64,000 bases of DNA from Balanoglossus misakiensis (lineage: Eukaryota; Animalia; Hemichordata). Shown piece after piece: positions 12,658 through 25,773 of this stretch. The position numbers and the translations under genes are program-made. The first letter of the stretch is position 1. Each line of letters begins with the position of its first letter. The notes under the pieces were generated by a model. It made no database searches and was not told the origin of the DNA. It saw only the letters and a list, made by a program, of their open reading frames with translations. The DNA is taken from the NCBI GenBank assembly GCA_040954595.2, contig CM082590.2:1178001-1242000 (forward strand). The letters are read 5' to 3'.

Positions 12658-13915
12658 TGTGGCTGAAGCCATGCAAAAACAAAGGAATTTCGTATTTTTG
12701 TATTGAGGGATATGCACGAACTGTTTGTTGTTTAAAAACCTTACTCCATAAAAATAGTTCCATATTTTGTTACGAGTTTCGATATTGTAGACTTTTAATT
12801 TTCACAGAGAAAGATGTTGTGACTTTATGTGTACCTTTGAAGGTCATTGTGAACACATCGACAAACCATATTTCGCCCAAAAGTTTTACAAGTAGTCCAT
12901 CTACGATGGTCATATCTCTACACATTTTACCTCGTGTTTTCGACTTCGCTATGGGACGGTGAAGTACACCCTCGTCTCTCGTTTCGTACCATTCGATATT
13001 TCATTCGTATTTCGAAACTTCCGGACCACAAGGCTTTACAAGTCGCCAGCGAGTTTTTACGGTCTATTTGTACCACGGTTTACTCGGTCTATTCGAGACA
13101 AGGTTTATTCGGTCTATTCGAATCAGTCTCGGTCATTCTCGAGGTCTATTTGGCCTATTCCCATCGAGGTCTGCGCACATCTCGTCTTTCGAAGTCTTTC
13201 GACTATTGTGTACAGTCTCGTACGTACGGTCGCGTTCGGCGATCGCTCGATCGATTTATCGATAATAAACCGAAGACCCGTACATAGAAACTCGACTCTG
13301 ACTTTTGAATATTTCGGAAAAGCTTTGACGGTCACAGTAAAAACTCGAGCGCGAGTAGGAACTCGGACCTTTGAAACAGAACTCGGAACGGACGTAAGTC
13401 TTTCAACGATTTTATTGCTGTTCGATCTGGAGGTGAAATCGTCGTCCTACATCGTTGTGTGTGACGTCATCGGTTCAGCCGAAGACTCGTCGTCGAGGGC
13501 GCCGTTACATGGTTCAGCTGTTGAATCAACCCATGAAGACTACAGACTGCAGAGAAGAGTGATGTTCAGCGACTGTTAACAGAAGCAGCAGATTGAACAT
13601 TTTGGACACTCCTTCGGAATTAGGACAGAATATTGAACATTGACTTTGAACATTAATATTGAACTTTGAACTTTGTCATTTTGGCTTGTGTGCATGTGTG
13701 ATTTGAATATTTAGTTTTCTCAATGTCCCAAAATTGTGCACATTAGTGTCACTCGCATCAGCCTTTGCGATACAAAGAGTCTCCTTTGTTGAAACTCACT
13801 CAGTTTGTATTTGTCAAAGTGTTTGAAATGTTTCACTATTATTACCCGGCATCAAATTGCTTGTGTTACTTCCTCAGTTTAGATTTCTAAATTTTATCAA
13901 CACTGAATAGTCACA
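12658..13915 (+). repeat. Putative BEL 5' LTR (~1258 bp), copy A
   Basis: TGTGGCT..AGTCACA imperfect terminal inverted repeat 43 bp before the gag ATG; no 3' LTR in the window to confirm. Confidence 0.55.
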
Positions 13916-16031
13916 GTGATTGTTTAAGCTCTCTAGTTGTGTTCACCCAAGTTCAACTATGGCCGAAAAGGACACACAGGAATCAGTGCCAACCGCTGAT
14001 GATCAAGGTAAGCCTGATGAATCAGATCAAATTGTAACAAAAGCAGAGATTCATGAAACAAATGTAGAAATGGATGAAAATGTGTACACATTACGCAGAT
14101 CAGAACGAGTACCCAAGCTTACTGAGAAAGCTAGGGAAGGTAAGTTAATTGATTTGGAGAAGCAGTTCTGGCGTACCCACAATCGGTTGTTGTCATTTGT
14201 GAACAACCCTGACATATTCGACAAAGAGTCTGTGGAAAACATATATACTATTTTGAAAGAAATAGAGCGCGAGCGCATTGTTTTGATTGAAATTCATGAT
14301 CAGATATGCGCCGTGTCGGACACCCCCTTAGAGGATGTATTGAAAGCCGTCGATCGTTTGAATTTGCGTGTGGATAGTGCCATCAATTATGCACAGCGAC
14401 TGATTGCGCGAGCCGATGCTCATAGCTCAGTTTCATTCGGATCCGTGCCTTCACATTACACAAAGTCGAGCTCTAGGTCATCCAAACGATCCAGCTCTTC
14501 CACTATGTCATCAGTACGGAGAAACGCTGCTGTCAGGGCAGCTGCCCTACAGGCGGAAATCGAGGCAAAACATGAAGAGACTGCACATGAAGAGGAATTG
14601 GAACACTTAGAGGCAGAAGAAAAAAGACGACAAGCGGCGGCTGTGGCAGAAGAGAGAAGACGCCAAGAATTAAGAAGCTGAGGCAGAAATACGTCGTAGG
14701 AAAAGAGTGTTAGAAAGACAGAAACTAGTAGGAGAACTACATGTGGAGAAAGCAAAGATAGCTGCTTGTGAAAGAGAAGAACTTCTCGACAACCTGCCAT
14801 TAGCGAAGACTATGTTTCCACCAGTGACGAGCGAGTTGCCTATCATGAAGACCGAACCGATCAGCCAGTCGACACCAGCTGCTCATATTCCCACGCGTAC
14901 TGTAAAAACGGAACCAGTCGTCCCGCCGACTACCAAGCCCTCGACGTCGCAACCGAAACCACAAGATTATACACTACGTGCAACAGCAAATGAATATCGC
15001 CCATCGGAGAACAGAGAAGACCTCAAGGTATTGACAGAAGCCTTGGCAACATCTGTTTCCTTGAGCAGACTTGCTACACCCGAACCACCAATATTCATGG
15101 GAGACCCACTTTCTTATCCAGATTGGATATCGTCTTTCATCACCTTAGTTGAATCACGAGGGGTCCCACCAATCGAAAGAATCCATCACCTGAAGAAGTA
15201 TTTGGGTGGTCCTGCTAAGGAAGCAGTCGCCGGATGCTTCTTACTCCGAAGTGAAGGAGCATACGAAGAGGCAAGAACCATTCTGGAAGAACGATACGGT
15301 AACTCTTTTGCCGTTACAGAGGCCTTTAGAGAAAAAATCGAAAGATGGCCGAGAATCTCCGGCAAAGACGGGAAGGCATTGCGAAAGTTCGCAGACTTCT
15401 TGAAACAATGCCGGATAGCGATGAAGGATATCCCAGACCTCGCAGTGCTGAACGATATCCACGAAAATAGGAAAATGCTCCAGAAGTTACCGGACTGGCT
15501 CGTAAAGAGATGGAGCAGGATCGTAGCAAAACTAAAAAAGGCTACGAACGCATACCCCCCATTCGAAAGATTTGTCTGCTTCATGATGGAGGAGGCAGAT
15601 ATTGCATGTGACTCATTGACCTCAACCGGCTCGCTGAGGTCACCAACGGACAGAGACCCGGAGAAAACTCCGACCAGCACCAGGAGGCGCAACCCAGGTG
15701 CACGTACGCTCTCGACCACAGCAAAACCAGGGGCGGTAAACCAGTCGTGTGTTTTCTGCAAAAAGACTGGGCACGCTATACAGGAATGTTATAGCTTCGC
15801 TTCCACGCCTATGTCCGATAGACAGGAATTTGTTCGAAAGGGCGGTTACTGCTTCGGATGTCTTAACACGGGGCACATCTCAAAGAACTGCAAATCCCGT
15901 GGCGTTTGCAGGAAATGCAGTAGGAAACATCCCACCAGTCTACATTCCGACGAAAAAATTGTCCAACAGAGGACATTTAATTCGTCCATGAACGAAACCA
16001 TGAGCACTGTTCAGTCTCCAGAAAAGAAACC

Positions 16032-16655
16032 TATGGAAAGCCGTTGGGGACCCCCGACAACTTCTCTCAATACATGGGTAAAGTCCATAGACAAATGATA
16101 GGAACGCATATGCTGAAAATATGACGCACATTGGGTGCCGACGCCGTAATCTAAAATGCCGGTAACAACCAAATTTTTGCCGACACCTTTACTCAATCTA
16201 CCGGCGCCGACAAAATCACAACCGGTGATTTGATGAGTTCTCGCATCGGCGTTTCTACAGAGTTGTCGCATCGGCGTTTCTACAGAGTTGTCGCATCGGC
16301 GTTTCAGCTAGAGAGTTGTCGCATCGGCGTTTCTGGAGAGTTTTGTCGCATCCACGTTTCTGGAGAGTTTTGTCGCACCGGCATTTCTACACATGCGCAT
16401 CGGCGTTTCAGCTAGAGTTTCCTCGCATCCGCGTTTCTGGAGAGTTTTGTCGCACCGGCATTCTACACATGCGCATTGGCGTTTCAGCTAAAGAGTTTTC
16501 TCGCATCGGCGTTTCTGGAGAGTTTTGTCGCACCGGCATTCTACACATGCGCATTGGCGTTTCAGCTAAAGAGTTTTCTCGCATCGGCGTTTCTGGAGAG
16601 TTTTGTCGCACCGGCATTCTACACATGCGCATTGGCGTTTCAGCTAAAGAGTTGT
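16032..16655 (+). repeat. Left TIR: ~200-bp core plus subterminal tandem array (~22-25-bp units, 78-bp higher-order unit)
   Basis: Reverse complement of ~35583-36245; only two substitutions noticed in the core; unit resembles GAGTTGTCGCATCGGCGTTTC. Confidence 0.92.
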
Positions 16656-16956
16656 CGGCGATTTTGGACAGCGGCTTTTTCTTCTCGGTCTCCTCTTTAG
16701 TTAAGGTTTTGTAGTCAAAGAGTAAATCACAAGGCAAAATCTCGAGATGCTGAACTGCTGCTAGGTCTCCCATGCATTTGTTAGAACACTGAGCTAAAAG
16801 TCTTTCAACGTTATAGGCTTAGATATTTTAAATAAATTATTGTTATTAGCAAATTATAATTTTTACGTTTGTTATCATGTGGTCAACCGATGTTCGTACA
16901 GAGCATGCGCATAAGATCAACATGCTACTCCAAGGCAACTGTTGCTGATGAGAATT

Positions 16957-19093
16957 ATGGCTACTCTAGGTAAGTTTCATTATGAATTTTATGACGTTAC
17001 TTTACATGTTCTTTCTAAACATTGAAAGAAGGAAAGGCATTGATCAGATTTGAAGCTTTACTGTGTCTTAAGATTGCAACTATAGCCTGGTATCCATACC
17101 TAGTGTGCGAGTCTATCTATAAAACACACTGGGTATGGAGACCAGGCTAGCAACTATTATGTTCTCAGTTTATTTCAGTTTCTTGTTCAGCATTTAAACA
17201 TGATGAAATTCTCAGCTTTTAAAATTCAGCAATAATCAGATTAATTTTGTTGAAATTGAATTCCCATTTATTTCCCACTCAGTGTTAGATTGCTACAATG
17301 AATTATTATTATGTTGGTGAAGTCTGGCAAATTAACTGTTTACTGGCACTTAGCTATGCAAACTAGCATTAGAATGAATTGGGAAATAGCACAATAACTG
17401 GCCAATTCTTATGAAACAACAGCATTTACATGGATATATGAAACCACTATTTAATGCTTAGATAAAAAACAGAATGGTTCCTTGATGGGGTTGGCTCTTC
17501 AAAGCTGTAGAATAGGGGTACACCTAAAACCAGAAACCAAAATACTGCATTTAATGCAAACAGATAGATAATTTCCTTTTATGTTAGATTGCCAATTTTA
17601 CACAAGTCACTTGTGAATATTATTTTCTTACAGAGCAAAGGGAACTCATTAAGAAGTATTTCTCGTATGGTTATACACACAAATTAATTTATTATGTAAT
17701 GGTAAAACAACATGGATTCCGTTTGAGGTAAACAGCATTAAAAACATAATAACTTTACTTTTGAGTGGTAAACTTACATTATTTTATTATCTGTTACTTG
17801 GAAATTGTGTAATGACCAGTCTCTTCCTTTTATGTTATCCCTTTAGTGTACAACTCACTCTCACTTTATTTTGACTCTGTAGGTTTTCATACTTCAAGCG
17901 CAAATTCCTCCATCACCTTGGACTCTATCGAAAAGAGAGAAGAGCACAGTCATCTTTTGATGACATTGTTTCTGCTGTGCTTGTATGTTAAGCTCTTTAC
18001 CCTAACCTACATTTAATTAGTGACACCACTTCCCAAGTCTGACTTAATTGCACACATTCAGTATAACAAATTAAAATCAAATTCTGAACATCTTGCAGAA
18101 GAACTCCATTTTCCTGGTCACCCTTTTGTCATTTGGGCAGATATGCGAGGGACATTGTTGCTAGGAAATTAATTCATTTATGTCAGTTGTTTGTGTTCTA
18201 CCACTTGCAGGGATTAGAAGCAATTTCAAAAGTATTCGATTTATGTCACATTTTATTAACTATTTTTTTCAACTGTGAATGTCAGCTATTCTAATATTGA
18301 ATGTGTTCATTCATTTGTTCACACATCTATCCATCTATCCAACCATCCTTTCCTTTATTCATTTACAGACAGAACTGAATACAGGGTCTGGCTGCATTGT
18401 TGGAGCCAATGAAATGCTAGCTATCCTGAGAACTAAGCACCAATTGATGGTTAAAAGGTAAAAAAAAAATTTTTGTAATACTGGAATGATAAAAACAATA
18501 ATGCAAACATAAGTGATCATTGATATCATCAACAAGGGTCTTTTATTTGAAATGGCTGATTGATGTAAGGGAAATGCTATTTGAATAAGCTCCCTTGGCA
18601 AGAAAATAACAGGTGATGGACTTGTTTCCTAATTCTCCCTGCTAATCTAAAGTTGAAGTGCAAATGTCAAATCTATTTCACTCATTGAATAAAAACTTTG
18701 GCCCAGATTTATTACAAATCTCATTTCAATTAAATTGCAGATTATTCTTATTTTATTAAAATATGTAATAAATAGATTTCTTTTTTTGTAGGGAGACTGT
18801 ACGAAAACTTCTTAGGATCCTGGATCCAATAAACGTTCAACGACGCCTGCATCGCCGGTTAATACGGCGTGAGTACAGATGTAAAGGACCAAATTATGTA
18901 TGGCACATTGGTAAGCAAATTAACTGATTGTACAGTCTGAACCTGTCTAAACTGGACCTTCTGAACATGGACACCTGTCTTTACCAAACAAATTTTTCAG
19001 TCCCTTTGACACAGAACCACAAGTTAAAATAAACTCTATGAACTAATTACCTTTGCAAACAAAACAGTTCTTCGGTCCCTTTGTTGTCCACTA

Positions 19094-19132
<39 letters not shown>

Positions 19133-22100
19133 ATACATGCCTAAATATAGGGATAAACTGTGTTAACGCCATCTTGAAAATTTGCAGTGCATTATCGGTC
19201 AATTGAGTCCCAGTTGGGGGGGGGAGTAGCGTCTACAACCTATCCAATTTTCCTGCAGTTTTGTCAGATTTTCTTCAAGTAACGTTAGTAGTAGTAGTTA
19301 CATGAAGAAAATCTGACTAAACCGCTGGAAATGGATAGGTTGTAGACGCTACTCCCCCCAACCGGAACTCAATTGACCCATAATGCACTGCAAATTTTTA
19401 AGATGGCGTTAACAGTTTATCCCTACATTTAGGCATGTATGACATTGTGTTTTGATTTTTTTTTTTAGATGGGTATGATAAACTATCTCCATATGGATTT
19501 GCCATTCATGGTTGCATCGATGGGTAAGTGCTATCAACTTATCATCTATACAAACCTTTCTGAGGAATGCTGGAGACCCATTGTAACACCATTGGTTTTT
19601 TGAGAATCACAATATTGATGAAAGCTAAGATTAATGAAGCACATTTAGTAACAATTCTGTGGAAATATGTTTATGCAATGAAATTTACTTATTCCTTTTT
19701 TAATTTGAAAATTAAGAATAACTTTGTTTTCTATAGATTTTCGCGAAGGGTGTTGTGGTTGAAAGTTGGTGCATCAAACAATGATCCAAGCAAAGTTGCT
19801 TCCTATTTCATAGACACAGTTGAGAAGCTGAAAGGTAATAGACACATTCACTCAAGGTTGTTAAACATATCATTTTGACAAAATTTGTTTTATTGACATT
19901 TCTGAACTGGGTAAAGGCGATAAATTTAGCCAACCACTAATCAATGACAATTATCCATTGCATGCTCATATTAGTCTTGTACTCAATATTTCCTGTGGCA
20001 ACATTGAAATGATCTTCACATATCCAGGCTGTGTTGAAAAACATTGAAACTACATGTAGGCAGTAAAGCATTTGGAATGAAAATCTGTCTTAAAAATTAA
20101 ATCTAGTGTGTACAATTTTTTTTTTTTTTTTTTTTGGGGGGGGTTAACATTTTAACTGTAAGAGCTGCCAATGTCAATCCTAATTTGTTTGCAGGTTGCC
20201 CCAGGATCTTGCGAGCAGATCATGGCACAGAAACAGGAGTGATAATGACTGCTCAAGCCATGTTGAGGACAGATGGTGATGATGCTTTTGCTGACAACAG
20301 CTTTTGGTATGGTCCTTCAACTGCTAACCAGGTCAGTTATATGACAAATGACATCACAATTTTTCTTAGGAATACCTACGCTGTACCGTGTCATGAGATA
20401 AAAAGACTGTTAATACTACCCATTTTTCCACTACCTTGTTAAGATGACTATATGCTTGAGGAGACTATCCTCAAACCTCATAGACTCCCCATCTTCCCTA
20501 CTTCAGTCACCAATTCCATTGCTGCTGCATGCCTGAGCAAATTTTGTTCATATTTGGTGCAGTTTTTTGTTTCACAATATAATCCAAAAAAGAAACTTTT
20601 GGTATCGTTTTTCACATTTGTTTGTTCAGAGTGGTGACAGTAATTGTGTCGACCATTGTTTTCATTGTGATCTCTTCTTACAGCGTATTGAACGATGGTG
20701 GGGTGTGTTAAGAAGTAAAAGTGCAGATTGGTGGATTGACCATTTTAAGGTAAAGTATCATTTGGCTTGTACAAATGTGTTCTGCAAAACAAAATCAACT
20801 CAAACACAAAGATGGTTGTATAAGTGACAAAATTTGTATTCTCATAGAATGTGCCACAGCCCAAGATGCAATGTCATTAGTGGATGCAGTTGTGTGTAGG
20901 AATGAGAAAAATAACCAGTATAGCTCAAGTCAGTTCATATCATGATGTTGAATTGTCCTGCAGAGTTTTTAGGTCCCATTGGTATAGGCATATATACCAT
21001 GGGACCTTATGGGATGGGTTGCGTCTGTATGTATGTATGGATGGATGGATGGATGTATGGATGTATGGATGTATGGATGTATGGATGTATGTCTGTATGT
21101 CCGTCCACATCAAAAACTTGAAAACCGCTGCGCGTATCACCTCAATATTTGGTGTGTAGGTGCAGGCAGGGCTGTAGATGGGAGTTTGTCCAAACGAAGT
21201 TGCCAGGCCCAAAAATATGCAAATTAGCTTGTAAAATGTGAAATTTATCAAAACTCTGTAAGTCAACAATTACTGGCCAGATTGCTTTGAAAATTGGTAT
21301 GCATGTACCTTATGTCAACCTCACACCGACCTGTAACTGTTAAGTTGATATCATAGATGTTTTATTTTTTATGAATTTTTTAGTCTTTTTTATTAAATTT
21401 ATACCTTTACTTATACCTCTATGGTTAAGCTATGTCCACGTCTTATTGTGGAATTCTGGTCTGTGCAATAGTCCTGTACAGTGACTGTCTATTGGTCAGT
21501 GAGCACAATGTGGCCAAAATAAAAGGCAAATTTTTGGGCTCACCTGTAACACCTGCTTAGCACATTAATTATGTACATATCTAATTCCGGGCTAACTAAT
21601 AGGGCTAGAGGTTCTTGTGGGACATGGACCAGTATAGGGTCAAAATTTCTTGCCCAAATTTTGGGTGACCTCAGGTGACTTTTGACCAACTTTCCTATAT
21701 CTCGGCATCCAGAGCAGGTACAGACTTGGCGTTTGGAGGGTTGGGACTAAAATTGAAAAGCCAAAATTTGGGGTCACCTGTGACACCTGCATATCTCATT
21801 AATTATGTGCATACCTAATTCCAGGCTAACCTATAAGGCTATAGGTTTGGTTTTTATTGAACATGGACCAGTATAAGGTCAAAATTTCTTGCCCAAAGTT
21901 TACATGACCTCAGGTGACCTTTGACCTACTTTCCTATATCTCGGCATCCAGAGCAGGTACAGACTTGGCGTTTGGAGGGTTGGGACTAAGATTGAAAAGC
22001 CAAAATTGGGGGTCACCTGTGAAACCTGCATATCTCATCAATTATGTGCATACCTAATTCCAGGCTAACCAATAGGGCTATAGGTTTGGTTTTTGTTGAA

Positions 22101-23784
22101 CATGGACCAGTATAGGGTCAAAATTTCTTGCCCAAATTTTGCATGTCCTCAGGTGACCTTTGACCTACTTTTCCATATCTTGGCATCCAGAGCAGATATG
22201 CTTATTGCTATGTTGCTATGTGCTATGTCCTCAAATGGGACCACAGTGTCCTTGACGCTATTTTTATACATGAGGACTAGGCTTTCCAAACATTTTTTTT
22301 CTTGGCCATGGCCTTGCAGGCAGTTTATACACAAGTACAAGACCACATTCACTGACACATTTTACTGTAGCATTACAGGAAATTCACCACTATCATTTTT
22401 TTATCCCCTAGGATTTGGTATCAATGAGTCATTTGCAGTTAGGTGACCCGGTCAACATGTGAGTTGATACACTTTATGTTTTGTTTCAAGTAATGAAAGA
22501 AATTCCATTATTCAATCTGTCAATGTTTGCACAGAGCAGAGAAGAAACAGACACAGACAGGATGGTAGAGACATAGACAGGAGATCAAATATTGCAGTTC
22601 GTTTGAAATCCATAGATCTGCTGGAAATCATATTTTTAACTGGATGAATTTCCATAAACTTGTAACATTATGCTATTTGTTAAGTATGATAAAATGCACA
22701 TATTATTCCCAAGCATCTTGAAATCAATTTGCATTTTTTCTTTCAGAATGAGTATGCAGTTTTGTTATTTTTCTGTCATGCAAAGGGAACTGGATGAGGT
22801 AGTTGAGAGGTGGAACCACCACAGAATAAGGCGACAAAATAAAGGAGATTCTGTATCAGGCATTCCAGAAATTCTCTATACCTGTCCTGAGTTACTAGGT
22901 ACTTTTTTTATTGCAACAAAATAAACAAACCAACAAAGATTCATTAAAATTGCAGAAATGCTACCTAATCTGGACCCTGTGACTGAATGTAGATCACAAG
23001 TCATGAGGGTATTTCACTCATTAGGTCAACATAAGGCTTATCCATGAAGTAAATGACATGCAGTGTTTAAAGCATAAATCATGAACATTGGAAAGTTTCC
23101 TCAACAAAAATCTCAAGATTACATAACATCTGCAGAGAATGATAGAAAAATAACATTTCAATCACTTCATTGCTTAAGGTAAATAAAATAAAATAACTTA
23201 ATATACATCTGGCACCAAGAACAATAGATACTCCAATATAAACAAAAAAGAAAGATGGCTGCTCACTGTGTACTGTGTTTCAGCTGATCGGTTATGGTTG
23301 ATTGTACCAGCGTTTTGAAAGCCAAATAATATGCAACACAAGAACTAACTGAGATGTAAGATGTACAATAATAATTTTATTATGAAAATACCACAAAGTA
23401 TATATTTGGACATTAGCATAGTGCATCGCCCTCCGCTACGCATCAGGCGATACGTGGCGCTAATGTCCTTGAGCATACTTTGCAGTATTTTCGTAATACC
23501 CTCATAGTATTTAACCCATACATAAATTCTTATTTGAACAAACATATTTTGTTATTTCAGACCGCCCTAATTGTCGGAACTACATACATTCAGTCAACGC
23601 TGGCTCTCAAACTTTCTTGCTATGCAAGTCACAGTGTAACTTTGATAATGGTTGCAATGAAGATTTCGCAGTTGTGGCACGGAACATATGCCAAATGAAT
23701 GGATGGAATCATGAACCCACTACAGCATTTGCAGCAAAAGAACTCTACTTGCACTTGACACCTTGCCTTGAAGAACTTTTCTAA
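16957..23784 (+). CDS. IS3EU-type DDE transposase, 12 exons, 397 aa
   Basis: Exons 16957-16969, 17634-17727, 17883-17982, 18369-18457, 18792-18910, 19469-19523, 19737-19834, 20195-20331, 20684-20749, 22412-22458, 22747-22898, 23561-23784; all GT-AG and phase-consistent, 1194 nt open; motifs GPNYVWHIDGYDKL, IHGCIDGFSR, RADHGTE, STANQRIERWW, WNHHRIR. Confidence 0.9.
17083..17149. mobile_element. 67-bp hairpin MITE in transposase intron 1
   Basis: TAGCCTGGTATCCATACC..GGTATGGAGACCAGGCTA with flanking direct repeat GCAACTA. Confidence 0.75.
19096..19129. repeat. (TA)n microsatellite
   Basis: Pure TA run. Confidence 0.95.
19128..19445. mobile_element. Fold-back (palindromic) MITE in transposase intron 5
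   Basis: ~150-bp imperfect inverted arms ATGTCATACATGCCTAAAT..ATTTAGGCATGTATGACAT around a short loop near 19285-19296. Confidence 0.8.
20969..22265 (+). mobile_element. Helentron-associated (HINE/DINE-1-like) non-autonomous element with ~240-bp internal tandem units, in transposase intron 9
   Basis: 5' hairpin AGGTCCCATTGG..CCATGGGACCT, (GTAT/GGAT)n microsatellite, units recurring at ~21625, 21865, 22104, 3' AATGGGACC + short hairpin GTGTCCTTGACGC + T tract. Confidence 0.7.
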
Positions 23785-23825
23785 ACTACACAACTAAAGA
23801 GAACAATACAACAGCTAATACTTTA

Positions 23826-24025
23826 GAGGCCGTTCAGTTTTCATGGCTTGGGGCGAGTTTGTGTCATCTGTTTTCAAAAACAGGCAGACCCCCCCCCCCC
23901 CATTCCCTTTACACGGGACCAAAAAATGATGACCCCCCTTTTGAATTTCCAAATTTAAGTGACACCCCCCTTGATTTTGCCGACTCCCCCTACCTACCTC
24001 CCGCCGTAAAAACTGAATGGTCCCC
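23826..24025. mobile_element. ~200-bp MITE (Harbinger-like) between the convergent genes
   Basis: Imperfect TIR GAGGCCGTTCAGTTTT / AAAAACTGAATGGTCCCC with TA flanks. Confidence 0.55.
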
Positions 24026-25501
24026 TAGTAAAAAAAATGTTCACAAGTACAGTTCAAAACAGCCCACACAGAAGAACATCATCATAGTTTGTTAGGGTGT
24101 CATCCAGGTCACCACTAATCTGTTGAACAAATAAAAAAGTGATTTCATGCATTAAAAAACATTGTTTATCATATTCATGTGTATGTACTGACATTTTGTG
24201 ATGCGAAATAAAACTTGGTTATCAGAATAGCTGTACTATGTGAACATTTGGATTCTGTTTCACGAGACTGAAGAATGTTGTGCATTTTTGGACAACTCGA
24301 TTTTCAGTATAAAACTGCTAAAAAGACAGTTGATCAATCTCTCAAAATTGGCAAACACCGAAATATGCAAATATCATCAAAAAAATTTAAAATTATTAAA
24401 TTACCTCTTTCACTAGCATCATTTCTGGTAGATATTCTACTAAAAGGAAGTCGGCCTCAGCTGTGGCATGGTATTCATGCTGACACTGAAAATCAATACA
24501 GTTGGGAGGATCGAAACATTGCAGAAAAAATCTGCAAGGAAGATCTTCTGAATCAACTGTACCGCAAATCCAATCAAAGACATCCTGCAAAGCAAATAGA
24601 TTCTTTTATGTTTACAATTATAATGCTAGAATGTGATGATTAATCCAAACCTTGGTTTCTTTATTTTGGTATGACTGCAGTTACACTCAGAAATGCCTTA
24701 CATTGTAAGGCTGCAACGGACTGTATTTGAACAGTGAACATGAAACACACAATTTACACTTGATGGCCCATATCTTGACTTACTTTGAGTGTATCTAGGT
24801 TTCTGAATGGCCTTTCCAGGACCTCATCGTTCACCATGATGCAGATTTGTCTTTTCCTTTCGTTAATCAAGGGCAATCTTATATTTTCGGCTCTGGCCTG
24901 TGCTGCCTGTAAAGAAATAAACACATTGAGTGTCATAACCTGAGCAGACAATTCACTGACTAACCGGTTCCTAGGGAAGAGATTGCCTTGCCTAACGTGA
25001 AATAGGTATGTGGATGAGAAAGTACAAAACAAACATTAAGTAGAATGCACCTCTGAGCTTTAAATTTTTAGACATTGGACCTAAAAATTAACAATTTATC
25101 AAAAACTATCCTATAAATGTAAAAATGAAGAATTTATCAAAAACTACAAAGACAATCAACACGTTTCAATCCAGTATTAACATCATTGCCCAAACTGTCA
25201 CTTTGGTGTAGGAGTATAACCAATCCAGTCAAATGTATGACTCAGAATCAAAATTCGACTAAACTTACATCTTTCCTTTGCAATTTCCTTTGAGCTTGTT
25301 TCTCTCTTTCCTGTAACGTTAATATTGATACCATTTAATACCTTAGACTAATCAATATCCCCCAGGGGCGGCCTAAACATCACATGTGAAAGCCCCATTT
25401 GTTTAAGAGTCATTGCATAATCTTTCAACACCTTTGCAAATACCAGTCAGAGTTATTTTCCATCATATCTGCTCTGACTGTCCCCATATTTCCTCATGCA
25501 G

Positions 25502-25663
25502 CAGTAAAACCTGTCTAATCTTGAAACCTATCTATATTGAACACATGTTCCTGTCCCTTTGACATGGAACCACATGTTAAAAGAACCCCTATAAACCAGA
25601 CACCTTTGCAAATGGAATAATTTCTTCAGTCACTTTGGTGTTCAGTTTCGACAGGTTTTACTG
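25502..25663. mobile_element. Tc1/pogo-like MITE (a truncated relative starts at ~18933)
   Basis: TIR CAGTAAAACCTGTC..GACAGGTTTTACTG followed by TA. Confidence 0.65.
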
Positions 25664-25773
25664 TAGCAGAATAGACATTTTGCCAATAAATACAATTGGT
25701 ATTGACTAGAAGTGCCTGATCATTCGAATATTTATTCGGAGAACCTGCTCCATCATTTATAGTAGTTAATTAA

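Noticed and set aside
12959-13579. 206-aa ORF (also 47156-47776)
   Set aside because: Inside the putative BEL LTR, built partly from short internal repeats, non-ATG start, no recognisable domain
16230-16773. CRISPR-like appearance and repetitive ORFs (also 35406-36084)
   Set aside because: Units are contiguous with no unique spacers, no cas genes, eukaryotic context; ORFs are translations of the TIR arrays
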